DNA of 64,000 bases from Planctomycetota bacterium (GTDB lineage Bacteria > Planctomycetota > Phycisphaerae > Tepidisphaerales > Tepidisphaeraceae): assembly GCA_026693085.1 (NCBI GenBank), contig JAPLNB010000316.1:21474-85473 (forward strand), given 5' to 3'. How positions within the stretch are numbered: the stretch's first letter is position 1; each line of letters starts with the position of its first letter. The notes below the pieces were generated by a model. That model ran no database searches. It saw only the letters and a list, made by a program, of their open reading frames with translations, and had not been told where the DNA came from. A program made the position numbers and the translations under genes. Below, one piece after another: positions 26,458 to 35,578 of this stretch.

Positions 26458-28575
26458 TCAGTTCCGGTCCGGCGGCGCGGCGGGCGAATCGCCGAGTTCC
26501 GCCGCGCATCTGGCAATGACGCGCTGCACCTCGCGGTTCACGCGCCAGTCCACGACAATCAGGCTTCGAACGCGTCGCAACTGCTGCTGCAGCTCAGCAA
26601 TCGAGGGCTCGAACACTTTGTGGATGGTCCCGACCGGCGCTGCGCCGTAGCTGCGGCAGGCACTGTCCGGACCCATCGCCGGGATCATCCGCACGATGGC
26701 CGCCAGCACCTCGAACCACACCGCGGACGGGACCAGAATGAACGCCTCGTCCGGCGAGGTCGGTTCGCGGGTGAGCTGCTGCGGCCCGAGGTGTTCTACC
26801 CAGCGGGGGTCGGTACGGAACAGATCGGCAATGCGATCGGCCAGCGGGCGTGATTCATCGGGCATGATCGCCAGTTGCCTGGCCAGGCTCAGAATCTTGT
26901 CCATGGCGACGGCATGCGTGACGCCGGGTCCCACCAGGAGGAGGCGGACCGCCAGCACGGCCAGGGCGTAGAGGTCGCAGGGCGAGCTAAGCACAGGGAG
27001 GAGCTCGAACACCACGCCGCGGATCTCGGCCCCCTCGGCGGCGCGCAGCTTCACCATGATGCCCGGTTCGAACTGCTGAGGCACGGTTCGCAGCCGCCAC
27101 TCGCCATGCGCCATGGCAGCCTCATCGCACACCTTGGCATAGAGGGCGATGCGGGCATCGGCCAGGCTCAGTTGCAGGCGTAGGAAATCGCTGGGTGTCG
27201 GGTCGATGGCAGCCCGGGTCGTGAAGGTCACATCGATCACGATGCCGCCTCCGGGATCGGATTGGATGCGCGGTATCCTTGCTGAGCCTGTGCCCAGCGT
27301 GTAGGCATTCACGGGCGGCCGGTAGATCGGGGGAATGTATCGTTGGGACGGCAGGAAGTACTCGGACTGGCTGCCGGGCAAGACCACCGGAATAGCGTCG
27401 CTCGGATTGTTCAGGATAGCCTTGGCGGTCCAGAAGAAGGGGAGCGCCGCGGCCGGCTCATCGAAGCGGACACTGAAACTGTCGGCGGTGAGGCCGAGGA
27501 ACGGCCTCTGGAGGCGCCGCACCGTCGCATAGGCTGCTTCAACGGCGTCGTGGAGCAGGCGAAGCTTGATGAACAGAACCTCCAGGAGCCTCCCTCGCCG
27601 TCCTTCGTGGGCCGCCAGGAATCCCTCGGCGCCGGCGGTGCCGACTCCGCCGGCCTTCAGCCGCGCCGCCAGCCCGCCGGGATCGATCTCGCCTCTCCCG
27701 TGCGACATCCCGTCCCAGGAAGCCCCAGTCAGCACATCCATGAACACATCCATGCGCATGGGGCTGAAGGCGCGGACAAGCATCAGTCCGCCACCCGGAT
27801 TGAAGGGGACCAAGCCGTGCTTGCCATCCGTCAGTTCGGACGACGGCCGGGTGTCGGCGTTGACTGGTGCGTTCTCGGTGAGGGGGATGAACGGCGAGGC
27901 TGCCCCCGCCGCCTTCAGGCACAGGTAGCGGTGCAGCGAAGAGGAGTATGGGGGAAGGCCCTTGGCCGCCAACAGCGCATCGTCCTGGCACAGGGCCCAC
28001 AGCTCGCCCGAGCCCGCGTCCCGGGGCACCAGGGGCTCGCGGGCCTGCAGGTCCAGAAGGACAGGGGCCGGGTGCGACGATTCCCACCCCACGCGAACGA
28101 CCCCGTGGGGGTCCAACTGCTCCAGGGCCATGGCCTGTTCCACCCAGCGAGCATCCAGGACGGCATTGGAGAGGGATTCGCGGTAGGTCAGCAGGGACCC
28201 GGCCAGCCCGCCAACATCCTGCACCCAGATTTCGACCCACTGGCGTACCCAGCACGCCGCATCGACGATGCAGCCGAGGAACGCTCGCCCGTCGGTCATC
28301 TCCCGGAGGACGACCAGGTGTCCGGCCACGGGATCGGCCACTTCCTTGACCAGCGCGCATAGCCGCAGGGAGGCCGCCTGCTGATCGGGGCAGACTACAA
28401 TCGCGACATACCCCGCGGGAAGATCGGTTGGTAGTTGCTTGATGGCCGTTTCACCCATGACTTTCCTGACACTCAAGGGCACCTGTCGAAACACCGGCCC
28501 GTCGAGACGGCCGCGAAGCCAGATCTGATTCTTGCAGGCCAATCCGAATTCTACGGGTAAGTTGAGCCCTGTCAA
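26458..28575 (-). CDS. Large hypothetical protein (705 aa) between PAAR and the tssJ-like gene
   Basis: Long ORF with protein-like composition, whereas the antisense ORFs are R/G/P-rich. TTG start, uncertain. No signal peptide or TM seen. 'PFLGLTADSFSV' and 'SSPCDLYALAVLAVRLLL' weakly resemble kinase catalytic-loop and subdomain IX remnants. Confidence 0.6.
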   Translation of the reverse strand: MTGLNLPVEFGLACKNQIWLRGRLDGPVFRQVPLSVRKVMGETAIKQLPTDLPAGYVAIVVCPDQQAASLRLCALVKEVADPVAGHLVVLREMTDGRAFLGCIVDAACWVRQWVEIWVQDVGGLAGSLLTYRESLSNAVLDARWVEQAMALEQLDPHGVVRVGWESSHPAPVLLDLQAREPLVPRDAGSGELWALCQDDALLAAKGLPPYSSSLHRYLCLKAAGAASPFIPLTENAPVNADTRPSSELTDGKHGLVPFNPGGGLMLVRAFSPMRMDVFMDVLTGASWDGMSHGRGEIDPGGLAARLKAGGVGTAGAEGFLAAHEGRRGRLLEVLFIKLRLLHDAVEAAYATVRRLQRPFLGLTADSFSVRFDEPAAALPFFWTAKAILNNPSDAIPVVLPGSQSEYFLPSQRYIPPIYRPPVNAYTLGTGSARIPRIQSDPGGGIVIDVTFTTRAAIDPTPSDFLRLQLSLADARIALYAKVCDEAAMAHGEWRLRTVPQQFEPGIMVKLRAAEGAEIRGVVFELLPVLSSPCDLYALAVLAVRLLLVGPGVTHAVAMDKILSLARQLAIMPDESRPLADRIADLFRTDPRWVEHLGPQQLTREPTSPDEAFILVPSAVWFEVLAAIVRMIPAMGPDSACRSYGAAPVGTIHKVFEPSIAELQQQLRRVRSLIVVDWRVNREVQRVIARCAAELGDSPAAPPDRN

Positions 28576-28651
28576 AGAGCCCGACGCGAAACTGGCGCCG
28601 TAGCCAAGGGCGGCGGGGTTGGGCTGGGGGGATGTTATGGAATTTGCAGCA

Positions 28652-28945
28652 TCAGCCCCCGATGATGACCGTAAGGCAGCCGAGGACGATCACGCCGCCG
28701 TGGGCGGTATTATCTCCCATGCGGGCAGCGGGTTTACCGCCGATCAGGACGGTTGCAGAGCCTTTGGCGATGACGTCAGGGGGGCCAACGCAGACGCACA
28801 TGTCGCCGATGGCGGTGGCGGGCATGCCGCCGATGAGGACGGTGGGCATGCCGGGGCCGGTGATGGGCCCGCCGACATGGGGCACAATGCCCGTGACCAT
28901 CGGGCAGACGTGCATATCCGTCAGACGTGCAGCGGGTTGACCCAT
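28652..28945 (-). CDS. PAAR-domain spike-tip protein
   Basis: 97 aa. 'AARLTDMHVCP', 'PTVLIGGMPATAIGDM' and 'TVLIGGKPAARMGD' are the three PAAR repeats. AAAGGAGAG lies just upstream of the ATG. Confidence 0.9.
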   Translation of the reverse strand: MGQPAARLTDMHVCPMVTGIVPHVGGPITGPGMPTVLIGGMPATAIGDMCVCVGPPDVIAKGSATVLIGGKPAARMGDNTAHGGVIVLGCLTVIIGG

Positions 28946-28960
28946 TGTCTCTCCTTTACA

Positions 28961-29323
28961 TCAACGAGCGGGATAGCTCTTTAATGCATAAATCGGATCT
29001 TCCGGCTTGGCCGGTTTGAACCGCTCGCTCTCCAGGAGCTGCGGCGCCCGGCCCCAGATCGGCTTGGCACGGGCGCTTTTCTCTGCGCCATTGACCACCT
29101 GCACTGGCTGGGAGAAGTCGATGCCGGCCAAGATCTGATCGACCTGCTCGGGCGTCTTGTCGGGCAGGTGGATCTCAATGAACTGCCTGGCGACGCGCTG
29201 GCGGGCGGCAAGGTGCTCGGGGGCCTTGCCGGAGGCGGCGGCGAGTTCCGCATCGCTCATCATCCGTTCGGCGCTCTGCCGGGCCAGCTTCGATACCGGA
29301 GATTGTGATTCTGCCTCCGTCAT
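28961..29323 (-). CDS. Small hypothetical protein (~120 aa), candidate adaptor or immunity partner
   Basis: The ORF track gives 28961..29410, which overlaps the upstream gene; ATG 29323 ('MTEAESQS') removes the overlap. No signal peptide and no recognisable domain. Confidence 0.4.
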   Translation of the reverse strand: MTEAESQSPVSKLARQSAERMMSDAELAAASGKAPEHLAARQRVARQFIEIHLPDKTPEQVDQILAGIDFSQPVQVVNGAEKSARAKPIWGRAPQLLESERFKPAKPEDPIYALKSYPAR

Positions 29324-29351
29324 AGTTAGTTCTGGGCCGCGCTCCGCCCGT

Positions 29352-30602
29352 TCAAGGGGCATAGATATTCGCAGCCGTGCCGGTGAAGTCATAAGCCCGC
29401 TGGGATTCATCCAGCGTGATGTCCTGGGTCACCTGGCGGTGGATGATCATGGAGCCCATGTTGTTGCCGTATCCGACATCGGTCCGCCAGGCGTTGTTGG
29501 AGCCGCTCAGCGTGGTATAGGGATACATGAGCCGCCGCCGCGTGATGATGTCGTCGCGCGAGGAAGTGCCGTGGGTATTGCCGCCGGCGCCGGCCTGGTC
29601 GCCGGGGGTGTGCCACTGGAGGACCGCACCGACATTCGCGCCGACCGTGATGATCCTGGACAGGGAGAAGACGTGGGCGAACTCGTGGGCCAGGATGGGG
29701 CCGGTGAAGGGGGCGGCTGAGGTATCGACGATGATGCCGTTGCCGACGTTTCCGCCCGGGGCATTGGGCCAGCGAGCGCCGATGGCGATGGCCCAGGCAA
29801 TGGGCGGTCCCAGCGCGACAAAACCCAGGGCGAACGGCACGACGGCGCCATTGACCAGGTAGAGGTTAATCCTGGCAGCGGAGCGGTTTGGCGACTGCGC
29901 CATGGCCTGCATGCACCGGAGATAGGCGTCTCCGGCAGGGGGGAATGAAGCGTTGATCCAGGCGGTGTTGACGGTTTCGGAGACGCTCAACAGGATGCCG
30001 TGGGGCTCCAGGACGTGGTTGGCGTCGCGGATGATCTCGGTGACGCGGTTGGTCAGGTGCTGGGCGGGCGTCTCTACCCCCACGGCGGTGCGGCCGAGGA
30101 AACTGGCGCCTTGGCCGTTGCCATTGACGGTGACCATGTGCACGCGGACGCGAACGGTCTGGGTATCGCGAACGACGACGTAAAGGCGGCCGATGACCGG
30201 GCCATCGGGCCAGAGATAACGGATGTCGATGGAGGTGCGCCCGGCTGCCTGGGGGGAGATGCTGATGATGCACTTGCGGAAGTGGGAGAGCAGGCCCCGG
30301 TTGGGCCAGACCACCCTGGCGACACTCGGGTCGGCCGATACCGCATAGATTTGCGCGCTGTTGGAGATCTCGGTGCGCGCCAGCACGACGCGGACATTGC
30401 CCCCTCCGACGCGGGCGGAGATCACAGGCCCATGCTCGTCGGCGTGGGCATCGTCCATGTAGCCGAGCGTATCGATATCGGGGCAGCTCTTGTGCGGATG
30501 GCGGCGTTCGGCGACCGGTACCGTGGGAGAGACCGGCGCCCGCTCGAAGTCGATCATGAAGATCCGGTGGTTGTCCCCGACGTTTGCGTTGTATTCCGCC
30601 AT
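29352..30602 (-). CDS. Metzincin-like HEXXH protein, candidate T6SS effector
   Basis: 416 aa. 'AHEFAH' at nt 29673-29690. 'HEFAHVFSLSR' parallels the matrixin 'HEFGHSLGLSH' and is followed by a Met-turn-like 'RRRLMYPYT'. Ig-like N-region 'YAVSADPSVARVVW...SISPQAAGRTSIDIRY'. GGAGAA lies before the ATG. No signal peptide. Confidence 0.6.
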   Translation of the reverse strand: MAEYNANVGDNHRIFMIDFERAPVSPTVPVAERRHPHKSCPDIDTLGYMDDAHADEHGPVISARVGGGNVRVVLARTEISNSAQIYAVSADPSVARVVWPNRGLLSHFRKCIISISPQAAGRTSIDIRYLWPDGPVIGRLYVVVRDTQTVRVRVHMVTVNGNGQGASFLGRTAVGVETPAQHLTNRVTEIIRDANHVLEPHGILLSVSETVNTAWINASFPPAGDAYLRCMQAMAQSPNRSAARINLYLVNGAVVPFALGFVALGPPIAWAIAIGARWPNAPGGNVGNGIIVDTSAAPFTGPILAHEFAHVFSLSRIITVGANVGAVLQWHTPGDQAGAGGNTHGTSSRDDIITRRRLMYPYTTLSGSNNAWRTDVGYGNNMGSMIIHRQVTQDITLDESQRAYDFTGTAANIYAP

Positions 30603-30654
30603 ATGTTCTCCAGGTCAGCCCGATGGGTTGAGGCTGTTGGCTTCCGCCTGCCGA

Positions 30655-31449
30655 CTATTGCCGGTTCATCGCTTCGACCGCTTTCCTGGCCTCCTCGAGA
30701 TGCAGCTCCAATCGAGGTTGGAGGGGCTCACCGGGGTAGGAGAGCGGATGGCCAAGGTTGGCCATGACCATCACCGCAAGGTCGCACATGCGGGCGTCCT
30801 TGGGCACGGGATTCTCCGGAATGCTCACCCGCACGACCACCCGGTAGTCCTTGAGCGCCGGGCCGAAATGCTTCACGAGCGACTTGTCCCGCACGTAGAT
30901 GCAGTCCTGAAGCGCTTGATATCGTGTGCCGGCATCGGGGTCCTCGATCCGGCCAATGAGCCTGTTGCAAGCGCCCTCCTCACCCAAGCGGGCAAGAGCC
31001 AGGTCGAGGTCGCGATGTAATCGGGATTCCTTGGTCGTCGGATAGTAGCTTTGGAGGAGAGGGATCTCGGTCTTGCCGCCGACGATGCCGATCTGAAGGA
31101 CCAGCGGGCCGCGGATGGCAGGCTCGGGATGCTTCTTGCTGGACTGGACCAGGTCAGGCAGAAGAGGGGGGTAGGTGCACTTGCCGAGGAGGGCGGTGGC
31201 CAGGTCGCAAATTTCGGGGTCGGGGTCATCCAGGAACAGGATGATCACGCGGCAGTTGCCGGGATTGGCGTTCTGCCCCGCGGTTTCCATCGCGATGCGG
31301 CGGGTGTCGGCGGACTTGTGCTGAAGGAACCGCGTCAGGACGGGAGACGCGTCGGCGCCGAGCGTTTTGGCGGTCTGCTCGGCCTCGAATCCGCGGCCCT
31401 GCTCGATCTGGGCCGCCAGTTGCGTTTTGAGTTCTTCAGTCGTTGCCAT
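30655..31449 (-). CDS. Helical-repeat (HEAT/ARM-like) protein, candidate immunity or chaperone
   Basis: Repeated helical hairpins with 'DPDPEI...ATALLGK' and 'HPEPAIRGPLVLQIG'. ATG 31449 ('MATTEELK') follows GAGG. The ORF track starts at 31506. Confidence 0.45.
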   Translation of the reverse strand: MATTEELKTQLAAQIEQGRGFEAEQTAKTLGADASPVLTRFLQHKSADTRRIAMETAGQNANPGNCRVIILFLDDPDPEICDLATALLGKCTYPPLLPDLVQSSKKHPEPAIRGPLVLQIGIVGGKTEIPLLQSYYPTTKESRLHRDLDLALARLGEEGACNRLIGRIEDPDAGTRYQALQDCIYVRDKSLVKHFGPALKDYRVVVRVSIPENPVPKDARMCDLAVMVMANLGHPLSYPGEPLQPRLELHLEEARKAVEAMNRQ

Positions 31450-31528
31450 GGGGTTAGCCTCAAAAACCGCCCGAGCGGCAGGGTCCGGGGGAATTCTGTC
31501 ACGCACCTACCCGATCGGGTCGCGCCAT

Positions 31529-32206
31529 TCACGCCCCGACGTAAGCGACCAGTGCATTTTGGAAGCTCGTCGCATCCGCGGTGGAGGGATTGGCGACCGC
31601 CGTGTTGTTGTTGTACGCGTTCAGATTGTTCTGATAGTTCGCAGCGGTGTTATTGGTCCACTCGCCGCGCACCTGGAGGCGCGCCGCAGGCCCGGGCGGC
31701 AGGGGCCTGTAGGCAGCCTGGAAGCAGAGCACGGCTCGTTCGGTCCGGGCGCCGAGGGTGTTATCGATGCCGGACGCCTGGGCGCCTGCGGCGCGCAAGT
31801 GAAAGCCGAGGCGATCGAGTCTCTGCTGGACGCCGCGCAACTGGTTTACCGGCGTCATATTTACGGCCGCCGCCCACCGGGTGATGAGCCAAGTGGTGCC
31901 GAAAGCCCGCAAGGTGCCGCTGGCACCTGCCGCCAGGGGAATGGTGATGCGCCCAGAATTCATGACCCGCGTGACGGGCTCGCGGCCCTGCGGCGTCCAG
32001 GTATAGGTAATCTCCCGCCGCTGGTTGGTTATCGGATGGTCCACGACGAAAGGATTGATCCGACTGTCCGTGACGTCGGCGGCGCCCGGGTACCATACGA
32101 AGTCGATGGTCACCCGCGCGTGCAGATTGAGCGTATTGACGTAATTGGACTCGTTGGTGGAGCGCTGAAGTGTGCGCTGGATGATTTGAACGTTTGTCAT
32201 GGCCAT
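31529..32206 (-). CDS. Beta-rich protein with C-terminal peptidoglycan-binding (PG_binding_1-like) domain
   Basis: 'LRGVQQRLDRLGFHLRAAG...GIDNTLGARTERAVLCFQAAY' fits the PGB helical-bundle pattern. AGGAG lies 9 nt before the ATG. No signal peptide. Confidence 0.6.
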   Translation of the reverse strand: MAMTNVQIIQRTLQRSTNESNYVNTLNLHARVTIDFVWYPGAADVTDSRINPFVVDHPITNQRREITYTWTPQGREPVTRVMNSGRITIPLAAGASGTLRAFGTTWLITRWAAAVNMTPVNQLRGVQQRLDRLGFHLRAAGAQASGIDNTLGARTERAVLCFQAAYRPLPPGPAARLQVRGEWTNNTAANYQNNLNAYNNNTAVANPSTADATSFQNALVAYVGA

Positions 32207-32245
32207 ATGCCTGCTCCTGGTGCTCGCATCCCTTGCCTGCGCCGG

Positions 32246-33031
32246 TTATGGGCGATCCGACTGAACGGTCGGTATCTCCGGGGGGGGAGGTTCTTCCTCC
32301 AACTCGCTCTCGTTGGCCGGGCTGTCCTGCGGCGGTTCCTCAGGCCCGTTGCCGCACGCTTCGGAGGACTGGTGGGAGGAGGATGCATGTGACGCGGGAG
32401 GAGTGTGGTTCTGGTCCTGCCACTCGAGCAGCTTGTTCTTGGTCGCGTCGTCGAGTTCGCCGGTCGCCCTGATTCCCGCCCAGCTCTGAAAATCCGCAAT
32501 GGCCTCGCGGGTGTCCGGGGTGAGCTGCCCGTCGATGTCCCCATGATAGAAGCCCAGGTTCTGGAGCCTCCCCTGGACACCCTGGACTTCATCAACAGGG
32601 TCGAGGCCGCCAAGCTCCAGCTCGTAAACCAGGTCCTCGATCTCGATCCTGGCATGCTGGGCCATGGGGCTGATCGAGACCTCGACAAAACCCTTGTCAT
32701 CGGTCGTTCCCTGAGTGATCTTGCCATCGACGTCCAGCTTGTAGGATGTGTTCTTGATCGGCTGATCGTCGCGCTCGAGCATGATCCGGAGCTTGGCGGG
32801 CGTGCCCTTCTTCCGAAACCGATGCCGCTGCTCGGTGGCGGCGCTGACTTGCTTGATCCGCTTTTCCGGGATCAACACCTCGTCTCCGGGCATCAGCACG
32901 TTCGGGTTTTTCCGCTTGGACTTGAGGTCGGCGTTGTGGTCCCAGAGCGTCTGCCAGAAGAACCCCTCCGCGGTGGCAATGCTCGACATGCAATCGCCGG
33001 ACTCGACAACATGGACTCGGTCCTGGCTCAT
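32246..33031 (-). CDS. LysM + beta-sandwich + PG_binding_1 protein
   Basis: LysM: 'HVVESGDCMSSIATAEGFFWQTLWDHNADL...VLMPGDEVLIP'. PGB: 'VQGVQGRLQNLGFYHGDIDGQLTPDTREAIADFQSWAGIRATGELDDATKNKL'. TAATG stop/start overlap with the upstream ORF and GGGAGG SD. No signal peptide. Confidence 0.75.
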   Translation of the reverse strand: MSQDRVHVVESGDCMSSIATAEGFFWQTLWDHNADLKSKRKNPNVLMPGDEVLIPEKRIKQVSAATEQRHRFRKKGTPAKLRIMLERDDQPIKNTSYKLDVDGKITQGTTDDKGFVEVSISPMAQHARIEIEDLVYELELGGLDPVDEVQGVQGRLQNLGFYHGDIDGQLTPDTREAIADFQSWAGIRATGELDDATKNKLLEWQDQNHTPPASHASSSHQSSEACGNGPEEPPQDSPANESELEEEPPPPEIPTVQSDRP

Positions 33032-33465
33032 TAGGCAGCCTCCCAAGCATCCTGGTCCAGTTCTGGGAACGTGATCTTAACCGTGCCCGGTTCGATCCCT
33101 TCCACGCGGACAAAGCCTTTTTCGTCGAGGGTCCCTTCCGCCACGGTGCCATCAGCCAAGGTGATTCGGTATCGCTCGCCCGGCACCGGTTGGTCCTCTT
33201 CATCCACCATCTCAATCTCGATCCAGCTCGTCTTCTTCTTTTTCTCTTCGTTATTCTGCGGCGGGCGGTGCGCCTTCATCGGCGTCGAGCCATATTTGCC
33301 CTTCTGTTCCTGCCGCTGCTCGGCCTTGAGCTTGGCCATGTCGCCCGGATCGGCCTTGTCCGCCTCTTCCGGGGCCTTGGGCGCTGTGGGCGCGACAGCG
33401 GAACCGGCTTGACCGTCCTTAGGACTTGGCATGGTTCTCTCCAAAAGGCCGACCGGGCCGGCCAC
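33031..33465 (-). CDS. Small Lys/Glu-rich protein with CarboxypepD_reg-like beta-sandwich
   Basis: 'WIEIEMVDEEDQPVPGERYRITLADGTVAEGTLDEKGFVRVEGIEPGTVKITF'. Lies immediately downstream of vgrG. The start is either 33465 or ATG 33432. Confidence 0.5.
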   Translation of the reverse strand: MAGPVGLLERTMPSPKDGQAGSAVAPTAPKAPEEADKADPGDMAKLKAEQRQEQKGKYGSTPMKAHRPPQNNEEKKKKTSWIEIEMVDEEDQPVPGERYRITLADGTVAEGTLDEKGFVRVEGIEPGTVKITFPELDQDAWEAA

Positions 33466-33475
33466 ACGCTCCGGG

Positions 33476-35578
33476 TCAGTTGATCATCACGATGCCGCCC
33501 TTGACGGTCATCATGCCGTCACCTTTGACGGTCGTCATCGGGCTGGCCAATTCCGCCGTGCCGTCGCCCTTGAGTTTCAGCGTGGCGCCTTTGAGTTCCG
33601 CGCCGCCGGTGCCTTCCATCTTCAGCCCGGCAGTGCCTTTGATCTTCGTTTCGCCCGTCGACTCCAGATCGATCGTGCCCTTGGTCCCGATCGACAGACC
33701 GCTGGCCTCCAGAGCAATGAAGGTCTTTCCGACCTTGATCGTGATGTGGGTCAACGCCTCGATGACGATGGTATCCGCCTTGAGGAAGTACTTCTCGGTC
33801 GTCTCTTCGGAGTGATTGACTTTGAACACCTCAATGACATCGCCCTTAACGGTGAACGAGTGGCTCTGGTCGACTTGGATCGCCTCTTTGCCCTTGACGG
33901 CCAGGTGATGGTCGCGGCCGATTTCCTCGATGTGGTCGTTCTTGATCTTCTCGTGCCGATCGTGCTGGATTTCCTCGATCTGGTCATTGACGACGACGAG
34001 GTGCGTGTCGTGGCCGACCCACTCGTACACGTCGTTCTTGATCCGGATGTCCTGGTTTTTCTCGCCGTGGATGAAGATCTGCTCCTCGCCCTTCTTGTCC
34101 TCGAAGCGGATCTCGTTGAATCCCTGGCTGCCCTTGCTGGAGTTGCTCTTGATCGCGGACATCGTCTTGTTGTCGGGCAGGGCATACGGCGGTTTCTCGT
34201 CGGCGTTGTAGACGCAGCCCGTGATGATCGGCCGGTCTGGGTCGCCCTCCAGGAAACTGACGATGACCTCCTGCCCGACGCGTGGCAGGAAGACAATGCC
34301 CCAATTGTTGCCCGCCGACGCCTGGGCGACGCGCACCCAGCAGGAGCTGTTCTCGTTCTTCTGGCCCTCGCGGTCCCAGTGGAACTGGACCTTCACCTGG
34401 CCGTACTCGTTGGTGTAGATTTCCTCCCCGGCCGGTCCCACCACGACGGCGGTCTGGGAGCCATGCACGAGCGGCTTGGGAGTGAGCCGCGGCGGGCGAA
34501 AGGCGACGGAGTCGGGGATGGCGGTAAAGCGGTTGGTGTAATCGAGGGGCTTGGCGGCTTCGCCGGTCAGATACGAGCCGGGCTGGACCGCTTGGTGCTG
34601 AACCGTGACCAGCACGTAGCCCTTGCCCTCCTCCGATTGGATGTGGTGCTCGGCCACCTTGAACTTCAGGCCGGGGCTGAAGGTGCGGCACTTGCTCTGG
34701 CCCTCGACGACATCGTGCGGCACCTCCTGCTCTTCCATGCGGAGGCGTGCCTCGCTTTCGCCGTCGCCGCGGTTCTCGTATTCGCCGGGGTAGTCATAGA
34801 TTTCCAACTTGTTGGCGTTGGGCAGCTTGATCACGCTGCTGCTGCTGGTTAGCAGGTTGGTGGACGGAATCGTGAAGTTGTAGTCCGTGTGGGTATACTT
34901 GCCGGGCCGGAACTCCAGCCGGTGTTCCCATGCGGTCAGGTTGTCCTTGGGCTGGGGCGAGTTGAGGTTGTGGGCGAGGCGAGCCTCCTGCTCCGGCGCC
35001 TCCTCGTAGCCGCTAGCGCTGTCGGCCAGGACGAGCGTGTGCTTGCCGTTCTCGTGCCTGAAGTAGTAGAAGATGCCTTCGTGCTCCATGAGCCGCGAGA
35101 CGAAATTGAAGTCGCTCTCGCGGTACTGCACGCAGTATTCCCACTTGGGATGGGAGCCGCTGATCTGGGAGGTCTCGAAATCGGCGAAGTTCAGCGCGCC
35201 GAAGACCTTCTGGATGATTTCAGGGACGGAAAGCTTCTGGAAGATGCGGCACTTGGCAGTCAGGGTGAGGAACCACAACCAGGGGACCACCTCGGCCGAG
35301 TAGAGGGCCAGGCGGTCGCCGCGGCCGTGGGCGGCGAATCGGGCCACGAAGCCGTTATAGTAGCGGACGGAGTCGTCGGGCAGGCGAATGCCAAACGTCA
35401 CGTTGCGCCCCACGAGGTCAGCGGGGTCGATCGCGGCGTTCTCCGAGAGCATTTCCAGACGGTAAGTGTAAAGGCGGGAGAGTTGCTCGGTGCCGCTGAA
35501 GGAGGTCAACAGAAGAGCGTCATCCTCAAGGGGTGTCTTGAGCATCAGACGGCGGCCGGCTTGGGTGTAGACGGTCAT
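33476..35578 (-). CDS. vgrG: T6SS spike protein VgrG (TssI), no C-terminal effector extension
   Basis: 'LSRLYTYRLEMLSEN', 'YCVQYRESDFNFVSRLMEHEGIFYYF', 'RVAQASAGNNWGIVFLPRVGQEVIVSFLEGDPDRPIITG', then beta-helix repeats. ATG 35578 ('MTVYTQAG') is preferred over the ORF-track start at 35683. Confidence 0.9.
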   Translation of the reverse strand: MTVYTQAGRRLMLKTPLEDDALLLTSFSGTEQLSRLYTYRLEMLSENAAIDPADLVGRNVTFGIRLPDDSVRYYNGFVARFAAHGRGDRLALYSAEVVPWLWFLTLTAKCRIFQKLSVPEIIQKVFGALNFADFETSQISGSHPKWEYCVQYRESDFNFVSRLMEHEGIFYYFRHENGKHTLVLADSASGYEEAPEQEARLAHNLNSPQPKDNLTAWEHRLEFRPGKYTHTDYNFTIPSTNLLTSSSSVIKLPNANKLEIYDYPGEYENRGDGESEARLRMEEQEVPHDVVEGQSKCRTFSPGLKFKVAEHHIQSEEGKGYVLVTVQHQAVQPGSYLTGEAAKPLDYTNRFTAIPDSVAFRPPRLTPKPLVHGSQTAVVVGPAGEEIYTNEYGQVKVQFHWDREGQKNENSSCWVRVAQASAGNNWGIVFLPRVGQEVIVSFLEGDPDRPIITGCVYNADEKPPYALPDNKTMSAIKSNSSKGSQGFNEIRFEDKKGEEQIFIHGEKNQDIRIKNDVYEWVGHDTHLVVVNDQIEEIQHDRHEKIKNDHIEEIGRDHHLAVKGKEAIQVDQSHSFTVKGDVIEVFKVNHSEETTEKYFLKADTIVIEALTHITIKVGKTFIALEASGLSIGTKGTIDLESTGETKIKGTAGLKMEGTGGAELKGATLKLKGDGTAELASPMTTVKGDGMMTVKGGIVMIN

